From the human T2T-CHM13v2.0 reference genome, Homo sapiens, in assembly GCF_009914755.1 (NCBI RefSeq), contig NC_060928.1: DNA of 64,000 nt. The stretch is one strand, 5' to 3'. Positions 1 to 14,500 of the stretch are shown piece by piece. Both the position numbers and the translations under genes were made by a program. The notes under the pieces are model-generated. The model was given only the letters and a program-made list of their open reading frames with translations, ran no database searches and was not told the origin of the DNA. Position 1 is the first letter of the stretch. The number at the start of each line of letters is the position of its first letter.

Positions 1-581
1 TGAATGGAGAGATCTATATTTGTAGATTACTCAATGAAAATAAGGAAATGTTTGAAAATAGAATTTTTAAAAATCTAGCAAGAAGGTGGGACTATTATGT
101 TCTCTAAAAACAGATTTAAAAATAAAAATAATGAAATGGCAGGAAACAGCACTGGAAAGGAAGCGGGGGAGAGGGAGTTTAAAAAAAAAAATTACAAGAG
201 ATCACAAGTATTTCCCAAAATGAATCCAGATATTATCAGACATAGAGTGGTGCTTACAGTCTCAGAGCATTACCCTGTATTATTCAGGTAGATGATGGTT
301 TGGGGGGAAATTACTATTAATTTGAAAGACTCTACTGGATCCTACCTAAAGTAAGAAGGAGATTCAGGTTACTCTGAACCCTTTGGCTATCCACAGAATT
401 TTAGAGGATAGTGAATCCCATTCTGGGGGAAGAACATCCAGCTTGTGCCCTATAAAGCAGAGGACTTCAGTAGCTTCCTGCTAGGACTCAAGGAACGTAA
501 GGTTTAACCACTGCATCTTAATGGGTTTTAGAAGAAGAGGAAAATCAGAGCCACACGGGTTGGTACTAAAAGTCTCCCCTC

Positions 582-928
<347 letters not shown>

Positions 929-1129
929 TGAAGCTTAAGAATGTGGACGTGGGCACTGCGTGGCATCTCTTTAGAAACAGGCCTCCGGGCTACATGTCTT
1001 TCCATGTTAAGAACCCCTGCATTAAGGTAAGGGGTTTTATTAGAAGTCGTGGTACAGAGATACTACACTCTCATTGTCAGAAGAGTTAGCCACCATCAGT
1101 AACTTCGTGGGCATCTCGTGAATTCATAT

Positions 1130-2000
1130 GCACATTTATGTTATTAAACTTAAATAAATACTATTCTAAATTTGATTCTTCCAAGGACGATATCTTAGAG
1201 ATTTTTTTCATGCCCGTACACATAGGCCCATCTCATTCTTTACAACAGAAACCTGGTGTACTAATTAATTTCACCACTGCTACACTGACGATAATTTAAT
1301 TGTTTCTAATTTTTTTGCCCTTAGTATAGAGACAAATCTGTAGCGAATCTGTGTGTGTGTGTGTGAGTGTGTATCTGCATATGAATCTTTGTGTAAATGT
1401 ACAAATATTTCTTTAGGATGGATTTTTAGAGGTGAACTTGCTGGTTCAAAAGGTATTTTAATTTTTAATTTTGATAGCTACTGCTCAATTGCTTTGCAAC
1501 ACTTCATCAATCTGAAGGTGTTCATAGTCTATCTGTAATTATTGTAAGTAAACAAAAATGTTCAACAAAATGAAAAATATCAATTTCGTCTGATGAAAAT
1601 GACCCCATTTTTATCATTTTAATTTGCATTTTCCTAATTACTAGTTAGATTGATGATCTTTATATTTATTTCTTTTTTTGCTAATTGCTTATTTATTTCC
1701 CTTGTTTTTTTCTATTGAGCTGCTTGATACTTTCTTTTTAACTCTTAGGACTTCATTATATATTCTACTTATTCTTTGTTAGGTGTGTTGCAAATATTTT
1801 ATCCCAGGTGTTCACTTATCTTTTAACTTTGTAATTTATGGTGCATGCAGAAGCTTTCAGTTGATATGACATAAATTTGTCTGAGGTTTATCTTTTTAGT
1901 CGTGACTTCTGGGTTACGTGTCTTCTAAGTAGAGCCTTTCTGAGATGAGACATAGTGTTACAGGATTTCATATAATTTCTTCTAATACTTTTTATAATTC
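1130..2000 (-). mobile_element. Old L1M 3' fragment (degenerate)
   Basis: Motifs such as ttttaatttgcattttcctaattactagt and gttgcaaatatttt typical of antisense L1M; boundaries approximate. Confidence 0.55.
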
Positions 2001-2189
2001 CATGGATTGCTTAATATTCAATTAATCAAGAACATTTTTAAGTACCTATTGGAGTAAAAAAGAAATAGGAATTCAAGGATTAGCATAGTGTCTGAGGGTA
2101 GGGAAAGCATGATAGAAAAAAAGCAGGGCATCTCTCATGTGCTTCTAAGCCTTTTCAACTGTTTAGAACTCACAATCTTTAGGAACTTA

Positions 2190-3000
2190 ATTCATTTTTT
2201 CCTTCATTTAGCAAATGTATTAAATGCCTACTTGGCGCCAGCAAGTGTGCAAGGCTCTGGGGATACGATAGTAGGGATGGATAGTGAACTAGATGAGCCC
2301 TCAAGGAGCTTAATGAGACAGTTGTCTGAGATGATTGCTGAAGGAATTGAGGGCTATGTGGAGAAGTAAGAGAGAAGCTTAGAGATCTCCGGGCAAAGGA
2401 AACGATTGTGGTGAAAGGTCTTATAAGCCATGTTAAGGAGTTGTGACTTTACTCAGAAGGCAATGGAGACCAAGTAAAGGAAGCATTTTAGCCAGAGAAG
2501 TGAAATAATCAGATTTGGTTTCTCTAAGGGTACTCTGGCTAACATGTAGAGAATGGATAGTTGGGGCAAGACTGGAACCTGGGAAAACACACTGTTGTTA
2601 AGAATTTGTCAAGAGAGGACCATGGTGGCCTGATGGATAGTTTCAGGGAAAGAGAAAGAAATAGACTAATTCAAGAGAGATTTGAGATGAAGAAAAGAAG
2701 CAACTGGTGATTGATTAGGTGCCAGAAAAAGGAAGAGACGAGGAGTCCAGGATAACGTTCAGGTTTCTATGAGAAGCTGAGCGGGGTGGATGGTGGAACC
2801 ATTCATTGAAATAGGAAATTGAGCAGCAGCGTATTTGGAGGAGAAGATCATATACAGACATGTTAAATCATATTACACATGTTAAGTTTTAGATGCCTGT
2901 GCAATATCCAAGCCAGATATCTAGAAGGCAATTGGTGGCTTTGTAGTTCAGGAGAATGACCAGCCTGGAGTCATTAGCATTGAAATGATGTGAACATGAG
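2190..3000. mobile_element. L2 fragments
   Basis: Purine-rich L2-like text (catttagcaaatgtatt, ggagttgtgactttactc, gttaagttttagatgcctgt); boundaries approximate. Confidence 0.55.
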
Positions 3001-3562
3001 GTCCAAAGCCACCAGGAGAGCACTGATGTAGACAACCAAGAATGTGTGGAAACCTAGCATGATCCCAATCCAGAAATGAATGCATATTTCAGTTTGTTTC
3101 ATGCATATTACAGAATGTGACTAAAAAGAATAACAAAAGTTACACCTGTATACTTTTAAAATTCTGAATTCCACAAATAAAATATTACATGGGAATTTCT
3201 AATTCGGACTTGAAACTTGGAAGTTGAGGGGTGGGGGCGAAGTACCAAATACTGTGGGGAAGGACAGTGGGTATCAATTATCTTTTGAGTAAAAAAGAAA
3301 ATTCATGACTTTTTGTCCAGTCTGTAAACCAAGGTTTTGAAAAACAAATAACAATATCCATAGCTCTTTGAAAGAAGAAAGTGAGAGTATTGACAAGCAG
3401 CATAAAGCCAGCATAGAAGGTAACCCAGGAAAAGACCTGTAGTCAAGAGTTTTAATAATCCAACAAAATGTGTATTGTTTAAATTTGCCAGAAAAAAAAG
3501 AATCAAGAGTGATGTGTAAAGTATAATAGGAAATATGACAGGATAGAGACCTTGAAGCAGGA

Positions 3563-3749
3563 CCAGGGATTGGCAAACAGTGGCCTCTGAGCCAAAGCCT
3601 GATTTTCTTAATAGTTTTATTGGAACGCATTCATGGCCATTCATTGACATATTGAAGGCAGAGTTGAACAGTCGCCATAGAGACTATATGGCCCACAAAC
3701 CTGAACGTATTTACTCTTTGGCTCTACAAAATAACTTCGCCAGCCACTG
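3563..3749. mobile_element. MER58-like hAT DNA transposon remnant
   Basis: cagggattggcaaac...gttttattggaac...atatggcccacaaacctgaa...gccagccactg. Confidence 0.65.
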
Positions 3750-4873
3750 TAAAAGACCAGTGAAAATGCCCAAAGAAAGACAAGAGCATGTTTAAAAATA
3801 ATGGACAGAAAAGCTAACGAGAGCAATAATATTACAGACTGAGCGGAGGGAAGCATAAACAGTATGATCTACTTTACATCAGAGTACCACGTAGACTGCA
3901 AAGCCTAAACAGAAGAAAGACAGGCTCTTAACTGATCACTGCAGTTATTATTCAGCGGGTTTTGAGCATTTCTGATTTATGTAGATTTTTATGATTAATG
4001 CTATTAGATATGGCTTCTATACCAATATAAATTTAAGCCAACCTAATATTCCTGAAACTAAAATGGAATCTCGATGATTTTTGAGAAGCTATTCCACAAA
4101 GACAATTTTACTACACTATACATTTGGGCAAGTGGGTAATCAACTTAGTTAATACTACATAACCTTAGCTGCCGTATAAATACAGACCAAAAAATGAAAA
4201 ATGTTTTCTCAAGTTATAGGAAGCCAGATTCATAACCATCCGTCACTTGCTTGGGCAAGTTACTGATAAACTCTGCAGAAGAATAACAAACAGTGTGTCC
4301 CTGCACCTTGGCTGTTGAAAATGAGATCTTTCTCTGATTGATGTTAGCAGAGAGGCTTGTAAAAATGCATTTCCAACTGATTAGTTCAGAAGGTGTCAAT
4401 CTCATGCAGTTTTATGACCTGCAGACTACATGCCAGATGTACATTTGCTTTTTATAAACTAACAAAAATGAATGACTAAATTTGAGCATTCCTCTTTGGC
4501 AACTGTACCATCTATTGCCTAAGGGAAGACACTGGCAGCATTATGGCGGGGGAGAAGAGGGTAAGGAGCACTTAACCCTTAACTTACCAGATTAATGGAG
4601 AAAAATATAATATTTGGAAATACTTTTCCTATTGAATCATTTCTACTTTTGTTGAAGAATGACTGCAAGGGAAAACCTGCAAGAATATCAGATATTTGTG
4701 TTGTTATTCTCCCAAGCATATGTACCCATTCGAAATCCATCAAGTAAGAACTAAAGGTACTATATCATAAAACACATTTGAAAGATTCGTCATAAACATC
4801 AAACATATAACTATGAATTGGGATGGAAAGGTTGAGGTTTTAAAAAATTTTTTGGTTTGTTTGTTGTTTTGGG

Positions 4874-5140
4874 TTTTTTTTTTTTGAAACAGGGCCTCTC
4901 CCTGTCGCCCAGGCTAGAGCACAGTGGTGGGATCATCTCTCACTGCACCCTCGAACTCCTGGGCTCAAGTGCCTCCCAAGTAGCTGGGACTTCAGGTGCA
5001 CACCACCATACCTGGCTAAGTTTTCTAACTTTTTGTAGAGATAGGGTCTCGCTGTGTTACCCAGGCCTGTCTTGAATTACTGGGCTTAAGTGATCCTCCC
5101 AAAGTTCTGGGATTACAGGCATCAGCCACTGTGCCTGGCT
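4874..5140 (-). mobile_element. AluJ-like element with internal deletions
   Basis: Diverged Alu sequence preceded by poly-T. Confidence 0.85.
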
Positions 5141-5407
5141 AATTGTTTTTTTGAAGCCAGAAATGATATTGGAGCAGTAGGTCAACAGTCTACTACTTCA
5201 GAATTCTGAATCTTAACAACTATGCTTCTATTTCTTTGAGAGAGAGGGAGAAAAAATGTTTTACATTATTATTATATATCCTCATGAAAAATAAGCCAAT
5301 AGCATAGTATAGTCTTTCTTCCACTAGAAATATTGAGAAATATTTATACATTTTTCATCTTCATGCCCTTTTGCCTAGGAAAGTAATATTTTTATAAATT
5401 TATATGA

Positions 5408-5770
<363 letters not shown>

Positions 5771-6069
5771 TGATTTTAGCTTTTTTCCAGAGAAATAAAC
5801 ATGCAGTTTCAAATGGTTAACAACTCATTATCTTAGAAATATAACAGACATGAAAATACATGCTATCATAAGGAAACCGTGTGTAATCAGATCTGCTTAT
5901 CAGAAATCCTGACCCACACATTTTCATGTGTATGGAAATTATGGTAACAAAAAACTTAAAATATTAGTGTGAAAAGAGTCCAACTTTATAAACTTAATTC
6001 AGATATTCACTTATTAAGCCTTTCCCCCCTCCCCCAACTACAAAGGAAATAGTGAAGAGATTTTTAGTT

Positions 6070-6520
6070 ACTGTCTCTGGATAAGCTAGGTCTCTGTCAA
6101 TTTCAGGTGACAGAAAATTGAATTCAAACAGACTTAAGGAAAAAGGGAATACGTTTCTATAACTGAAAAGCCCAGGAGGTCAAGCGCAGCTTATGGCAAA
6201 AACCTTAAAGGTTTTTGTGTCTGTGTCTGACCTGTTAGTTTTTGCTCCAGCCCTTGCTCCGCTTGCCTGGGGATGGCTCCATTCCCAGCAGCTTCTATAC
6301 CGGCAGCAAGGTGGCTGCAGCAATCCCAGTCACACAGCCTCACAGAACAAGCCTGGTGGAGGGGTAAGAATCTCTTTTTAGATTGTTTGTGAAATTCGCT
6401 CTTGTTAGACATGTTAGGTCACCTGTACATTTCTGAACCAAACAGGAAGGGAAGGTTATGCACATGGCCTGAGAGGTGGGGAAGGCCGGATACGCAAACG
6501 AAAAGTTTCATCTGTTGCCC
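6070..6520. mobile_element. Old LTR-like remnant (MLT1/LTR33-type)
   Basis: gtgacagaaaa...aaacagacttaag...aaaagggaat...taactgaaaagccc pattern; family uncertain. Confidence 0.4.
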
Positions 6521-7014
6521 AAAGAAAGGGAAAGGGTCTGGGGAAGCACAGCGTCCGCTACTTTTATTCTTCAGATGGCCAAAATGACCTGCTGAGCCAG
6601 GCCTTCTCACGTCTTGTTTCTTACCTTACCGTGTTGTTGCTGACCTGCCTTTTAGACTGGGCAATTTAATTCAACTTTGTCTGTTTTCTTTTATCTCAGT
6701 TTGCTGTCAGATAATGAAGGAGCAAGCTAACATTCTATTAATAAGAATAGCCTAACTTAAATCAATGGCTAGTATAGTATTTTTTTAAAAAAAGACTTTA
6801 TTTTAATTGTGTAAATAAAACATAATGGTCATCTAGATATTTTCAGCTGAGCTTGCCATCACAGTGGTCAGACCCAGACTTGATACTTAAGTTGGAAGAT
6901 TTTAAAACTATTTTGTCAGTTCTCCTAAGAGTGATTAAAGTCTTCAGAAACTGATATTTTTATTAATCTATACCAATAAATGTAATTACCAAGGAGATAA
7001 AAATTCATGTTTTC

Positions 7015-7325
<311 letters not shown>

Positions 7326-7698
7326 TCATGTTTTTCAACTGGTCAGTAAAGCCTGACCTTAAAGGATAATGTTATCAAATGATCATAACCTGAAACACTC
7401 AACCACTAATGGATGGTTATAGCTTTTAAACAGGATACTTGCATGGGCCATTGAGTGTAGTTTCCTTCTGATGCTCCTGGAGAAAGCACTGGCAAATTCT
7501 TCTCATCCATTATTCCTTTTATGTCATCAATACTATAGGTCAATTTTTCATGATGGATTTCTTATTATTTCTAATATTATGGCTGATTTACATTTACCAC
7601 ATTTTAATTAATACCTCCATTTTAGTGAGTGTATTCTAGGAGTCCAGGCTCTTGTTTAAAATTTGGGAAATGCCTGATTTTATCTGGAACACACTTAA

Positions 7699-7998
<300 letters not shown>

Positions 7999-8354
7999 AG
8001 AAGAGCTATTTTATTGAAAGGTGGTTGGCTCATCTCATCCATTTTATATTGATTTGTGTTTGCTACACTTCATAAACTTTCACTTTCTGACCCTCTCCCA
8101 AATTTTAGAGCTTCGTCCTACATAGATTCCTATTTATCATACACACTTACTGTGCTAACTCCTAGTGCATTTTCTCTAAAATATAGAATATTTGAGTAGC
8201 TTTACTTACAACTAATCCATATTCCTTCATACTCCTACCAATAGATTGTTCTAATCACTAATTTTTTTATTTCTTACTCAGAACAAACATTATATGATTC
8301 TTTTCAGCCATCTCTAATCCAAATATTTACTCTCTATGAAGGCAGATGCAAGTA

Positions 8355-8642
8355 GATTTATGTGTCACATACTGATGGGGATATGTTCTGAGATAGTTGC
8401 TGTTAGGCAATTTCATCATGGTAGAGCATCATGGCATGTACTTACGCAAATCTAGATGGCACAGCCTACTGCACTCCTAGGCTACCCATCTGTACAGCAT
8501 GTTACTCTACTGAATACTGAGGCAGTTGTAACACAGTGGTATTTGTGTATCTAAACCTAGAAAAGGTACCGTAAAAATACAGCATTATTATCTATGGGAC
8601 CACTCTTTTATATATGGTCTGTCATTATGTGGCATATGACTA
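8355..8642. mobile_element. Tigger3-like (TcMar) DNA transposon remnant
   Basis: ggggatatgttctgaga...gttaggcaatttcatcat...tacttacgcaaatctagatggc...cctaggcta. Confidence 0.7.
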
Positions 8643-8814
8643 TTGTATTTCTATTTCTTCTGGTTTCAAAAAGTATGCCTCATAGAAATTACTATCAGAT
8701 AGTCGGGAGAAATCACTTGATGTGAAAAAAAAAAAACAGTCAAGAAACAAAACTGATTCTACATTATGGCATCAAAAGGAAAATTCTCTTACTGGGGAAC
8801 ATTTCTCTCTACAG

Positions 8815-9031
8815 ATGGACTCATTGACTGCATGGATCCCGATTGCTGCCTACAGAGTTCCTGCCAGAATCAGCCCTATTGTCGGGGACTGCCGGATCCT
8901 CAGGACATCATTAGCCAAAGCCTTCAATCGCCTTCTCAGCAAGCTGCCAAATCCTTTTATGATCGAATCAGTTTCCTTATAGGATCTGATAGCACCCATG
9001 TTATACCTGGAGAAAGTCCTTTCAATAAGAG
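8815..9031 (+). CDS. TENM3: TENM3 exon (217 nt): (D)[11 protein letters not shown]...GESPFNK(S), Cys-rich region after EGF repeats
   Basis: Acceptor ttctctctacag|ATGGAC, donor AAGAG|gttaat; lies in ORF 8766..9056. Confidence 0.95.
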
Positions 9032-10049
9032 GTTAATGCTTCTTTTCCATATGTAGATTTGTAATGATGTTATCAACAGTTACATACACTTATGTGAAAT
9101 ACTCATGACTGTGAACCTGAGGAAAGTGCTGTTTTTTAAATACAGTTTTTCCTCTTTCTGCAGATTCTTCACCAAACTTTGTATTTCAAGCATTTTTGAC
9201 ACAGTTCACATACTTTGTCAATTTCAGTACCTGAGACATAACAGGACATTATATTAAAGAGTCAATAAATCTTCATTTAACTAGTTGATTTTGTTAGCAC
9301 AGTTGGAAATGTTTCAAAAGAAGCAGTGAAAAGACCCCAAAAGGCAGAACAGAAGTGCACTTTTTTTTTTTTAGCTGAGCTCACTAAATAATATAAGTTA
9401 TGAATGAATGTAATGGAACTGCTGACGGCATGGCAGTAAGATTGCATAAGCTGTTTGACTGGTGCTTTGCAGAGCAGTAATGACCTGAAAGTAAAGCAGT
9501 AAGTGAAAGCAGGTGTCTTGTGTCTCACTGAGCAAAAGAAGATGATTTACACCAGAACTCCTGGGTCTGCAGTAATTTAACAGCATTAATGCAGTTATAG
9601 CCAGCAGTTGATTCAAAGTTGCTGTACAAATGTTCCTTATCGCCCCCTTAAATCTTATACTTCTTGGTCCCTGAAGATTTACTGATTGCCTCAGAATTAA
9701 TTGGAAAGTCTACTTTTCTTCATGTGAGCACCATATATATGACTTATGAAAAAAGCACAGAGTTTATCATTTTAAAAATTCATCTCTAAATTATTAGTCT
9801 TGATAACGCTCCAAAAAACAGATTGCCACAAATTAAAACCCAGGATAAACACAAGCCCTTTAGAGAATATGCGTTACACTGAATTAAAAGGGACATTGTC
9901 TTGGGAGTATTTCAGGTCTGATTTTTGTGAATAACGATGGATTGCATAGCATAGTGTTATTTTATCCTTAGGTTGAATTATCTATAAATCATGATAATGT
10001 TGGCCTGAAAAGACAGATGTTCATTCTCATTCTTCTGCTTTTCCAACAG

Positions 10050-10169
10050 CCTTGCATCTGTCATCAGAGGCCAAGTACTGACTGCTGATGGAACTCCACT
10101 TATTGGAGTAAATGTCTCGTTTTTCCATTACCCAGAATATGGATATACTATTACCCGCCAGGACGGAAT
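10050..10169 (+). CDS. TENM3: TENM3 exon (120 nt): (S)[39 protein letters not shown](M)
   Basis: Acceptor ttttccaacag|CCTTGC, donor GGAAT|gtgagt; absent from ORF track, translated by hand; phase 2-2. Confidence 0.95.
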
Positions 10170-10329
10170 GTGAGTTAGTCCCATCACACTATCTCTGAAG
10201 GATTTGAAATATAAAAACTAGACCTTCCTGTACCACTGTCATGTTTGACTGTCCTTTTAAATATGGAAATGCAGCAACTTTTTAGACTCTACAAACTTGT
10301 GACAGTACATATGGCAGAGATTTAAAGTC

Positions 10330-10650
10330 ATATACTCACATACTTCTTCAAAAGTTGATTTTATTTTCTAAGGCATGGTAATACTGTAGTTTTGTAGGAG
10401 AATGCTCTTTGTCTCAGCAGATGTATGTTGAAATCTTTAGGGGTAATATTTTATAATGTCTATAACTTGAGCTCAGATGGTTCCGAGAAAAGAGTCAATG
10501 GAAAGCAAATTTGGAAAAAAAAATTGGTGAACTTGGTGAATACACATAGGACACAAGAGTATTTATTGTATAACTCTTGGAATATTCCCATAGATCTGAA
10601 AATATTTCATATAAAAGTTGGGAGAAAAAGTTGATTTTCTTTATAAAGCA
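10330..10650 (+). mobile_element. Old L1M 3'-end fragment
   Basis: gtaggagaatgctctttgtc...gttgaaatctttaggggtaa pattern; boundaries approximate. Confidence 0.45.
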
Positions 10651-10727
10651 TATTAACTTAAGGAGGTGTGTATTGGTAGTTATGTGGGATCCAGACAATT
10701 CACTAAGCATACCTTGTTCTTTCTTAG

Positions 10728-10989
10728 GTTTGACTTGGTGGCAAATGGTGGGGCCTCTCTAACTTTGGTATTTGAACGATCCCCATTCCTCACTCAGTAT
10801 CATACTGTGTGGATTCCATGGAATGTCTTTTATGTGATGGATACCCTAGTCATGAAGAAAGAAGAGAATGACATTCCCAGCTGTGATCTGAGTGGATTCG
10901 TGAGGCCAAATCCCATCATTGTGTCATCACCTTTATCCACCTTTTTCAGATCTTCTCCTGAAGACAGTCCCATCATTCCCGAAACACAG
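10728..10989 (+). CDS. TENM3: TENM3 exon (262 nt): FDLVANGG...PIIPETQ
   Basis: Acceptor ttctttcttag|GTTTGA, donor ACACAG|gtaaaa; ORF 10666..11019. Confidence 0.95.
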
Positions 10990-11072
10990 GTAAAATATTC
11001 TCACAGGCAGTACTTGTAAATACAAGATCTTCAGATCATGTTTTGCCAGAGAATCTTAAAAATAGGTTATAG

Positions 11073-11388
<316 letters not shown>

Positions 11389-11533
11389 CCCACGGATTAT
11401 AGAATTCCAGTGCTATCTTTAAATAATTCTATAAGACCCTGTCTCAAAAAAAGACAAAAACAAAACCAAAAAAAACCACGGATTATAGAATTCCAGTGCT
11501 ATCTTTAAATAATTCTATAGAATGAATATATAG

Positions 11534-11930
<397 letters not shown>

Positions 11931-12393
11931 TTTCTAGTTATTTCTTAAAGATCTACTCAAACAAAATACTTTTTCTTCAGGATATACCTTATATATTTAT
12001 TAATAATAGTCAAATGAAACTGTAGCTTAAACTCAATCACTAATAATGTCTTTGTTCATTTATTTATTTATTGAAAAAAAACTTTAGTGCCTAAATGTAC
12101 CTGACAGCTTGACTGACATTGTACCAAGTGCTACTGACACCACTCACTATTGCACATGGCTATTAGCCTCAATAACTTACTGTTTAATTATTGTTGTCAG
12201 TAAAAAGTGTTTTGGAAAAGGTAGTTTTGACAGAAAATATTCATTAATATAACTTTTTAAGAAATAGCCATGCATTCCCCATTCGTTTCATCTACTGAAA
12301 TAGCTGAGGATTGTGTTCCGTCCCACATGTTTCCAGTTAGAAATAACTTTCAGATCTTAAAAGTAGGATGTTAGGTGTAATAATAATGGATTT

Positions 12394-12690
12394 TGCCAGG
12401 CGGCGTGGCTCACTACTATAATTCCAGCACTTTGGGAGGCCAAGGCAGGAGGATGGATCGAGCCCAGGAATTTGAGACCAACCTGAGCAACATGACAAAA
12501 CCCTGTCTCTACAAAATATACAAAAAATTAGCCAGGCGTGGTGGCATGCACCTGTAGTCCTAGCTACTCAGGATGCAGAGGTGGGAGGATCACTTCAGCC
12601 CAGAGAGGTCAAGGCTGCATGAGCCATGAGTGCCACTGCACTCCAGCCTGGGTGCTGGGAGTGAGACCCTGTCTCAAAAATATATATATA
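12394..12690 (+). mobile_element. AluJ-like element
   Basis: Diverged Alu dimer. Confidence 0.9.
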
Positions 12691-12769
12691 ATCATAATAG
12701 ACTGTATTCGTAAAGAGGTAAGGAAAAATCTGTGGTCATTAAAGTACACTAGCACATAGCAGCTTTGTC

Positions 12770-14500
12770 ATATTCATTCTCCCGATATTTCTTGAAAACC
12801 CGTTCTGTAGCAGGCGCTGTTATGTGAGAACAAAGCAGTAAACCACTCAGATGAAGTACCTGCTCTAACTGAGCTTCCCAATTCATGAGTGGAGAGAGGC
12901 AGTCAACAAGAAATATGTCAGGTTGCGATGAGACTTATCAAAAAATAATAAAGCAGGGGACAGTGGATAGAGGTATGATCTTACATAGTATAGTTTGAGA
13001 AAATCTCTTCAATAAGGTGACATTTCAGCACAAACTTTAAGAAAGTAAAAGAATAAGCCCTGAAAATAGAAGGGGATTCTTGGCTTGTTCAAGGAGTGGC
13101 AAAAAGGACAGCAGGCACAGCTGGAGTGAAGGCGGCAGTGAATAAATCACAAGCCATTGGAGACCATGGCAAAGATAACTCTTTGAGAATTGGAAGCCAT
13201 TGAAGGTGTTTAAGCAGAGCAATGACAGTCACTGATTTCCTCCTTTAAGGAATTTCTATGCTGAGAATATCCTATATTGGGCAAGGGTGGAACCCAAGGA
13301 GGCCAGTTAGGAGGCAACCTCAGTTGTCCACAGGAGAAATTATGGTGGCTTGGACAAAAGTCTTTGGAGGTAGAAGCAGACATGGAAGAGTGGAGTCCAG
13401 GGAAGAGGTTGAAACTAAAGAGGTAAATTTGGGAGTCATTCGCATATAAATATAAAGCATAAACCTAGGGAGGGAGCACAGATAGAGACTACAAGAGGTG
13501 AGCCAGAAAGGTCTAGGATAACAAAAAGTCAAAAAGGCTGACAGGCAAAGATGTTGCAATAGCAACACCTCAGGGATTCATTGTAAAATGGTCAAGCCAA
13601 CTTTGAGCTGAAACTTTTAAGAAGTTCATTGTAACCTCAATCAATTTAATACTTCCTCCCCAGGCCCATCTTGCAGGAACTCTAAACTTCGTAGTCAGTC
13701 CTAAAATAGACTTTACCTAGAGTCAGTATCTGTCTGTAGGTGCCAAATTTCTAGCAAACTAGGACATTAAAATGGGTTTCAGATAGTCAACAATTCCATG
13801 AATACATGGAGTCTTTTCTCCATTCGTTCATTCATTCATTCATGCGGTAGGCAAATATTTCATAAAAATTTACTGAGAGCCTACTATGTACAAGGTACTT
13901 TACTAAGATAAAAAGAAGAAGACGTGCATCCTGCCATTCTAAATGCGATAAAGATTTTAATGAAGAATGATACAAGTTCAAAGGAGAGGTCAATTCCTAA
14001 GTAAGCCAAAGAAGGAATCACTGAGGAGTTTGGGCTGAAACAAGGATTAGGCTGGAGAGGGAGGAAAGCACGTTTCAGATTGAAGATGTGTAAGCAACAG
14101 TGGAGTGGCAAAAACAAGTCATGTTGTAGAGGGGACAATGGGGAAGGAGGCAGAAGATGACCCCAGGGCCAGCTGATGAATGGCCCTGAGAAGCAATCTA
14201 GTGGAGACCTTGAATTCCTTAGGTGATGCGGAACCAAGACCCCAGTGGAGTTTTTTCAGCATTTCTCTAAAGTTAACTCAAGTGGCAAAACGCACTTGAA
14301 AGAAGCGCAGAAGATATTGATAGAAAAGAGAAACGAGTGAACAGGCTGTTCTTGTGAAGTGTATATCCATGCGTATCCAGGGCTCAGATGGAGAGGGCCT
14401 CGCAATCACAATGGTAGTGGAAATGAAGAAGAGGGAACACATTAGACGGGGATTGGAAGATAGAATTGGCAGGACATGGTTCCTAACCGAATGTTTAACG
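12770..14500. mobile_element. L2 fragments
   Basis: cattcattcatt ends, ggaagccattgaaggtgttaagcag, ggtgacattt motifs; boundaries approximate. Confidence 0.55.

Noticed and set aside
6675-6760. Strong-looking acceptor (ttttatctcag) followed by GATAATGAAGGAG, encoding DNEG like the residues that precede DGLIDC in teneurin
   Set aside because: No GT donor follows and there is no upstream EGF-coding sequence. The true preceding exon must lie left of the window. Likely coincidence.
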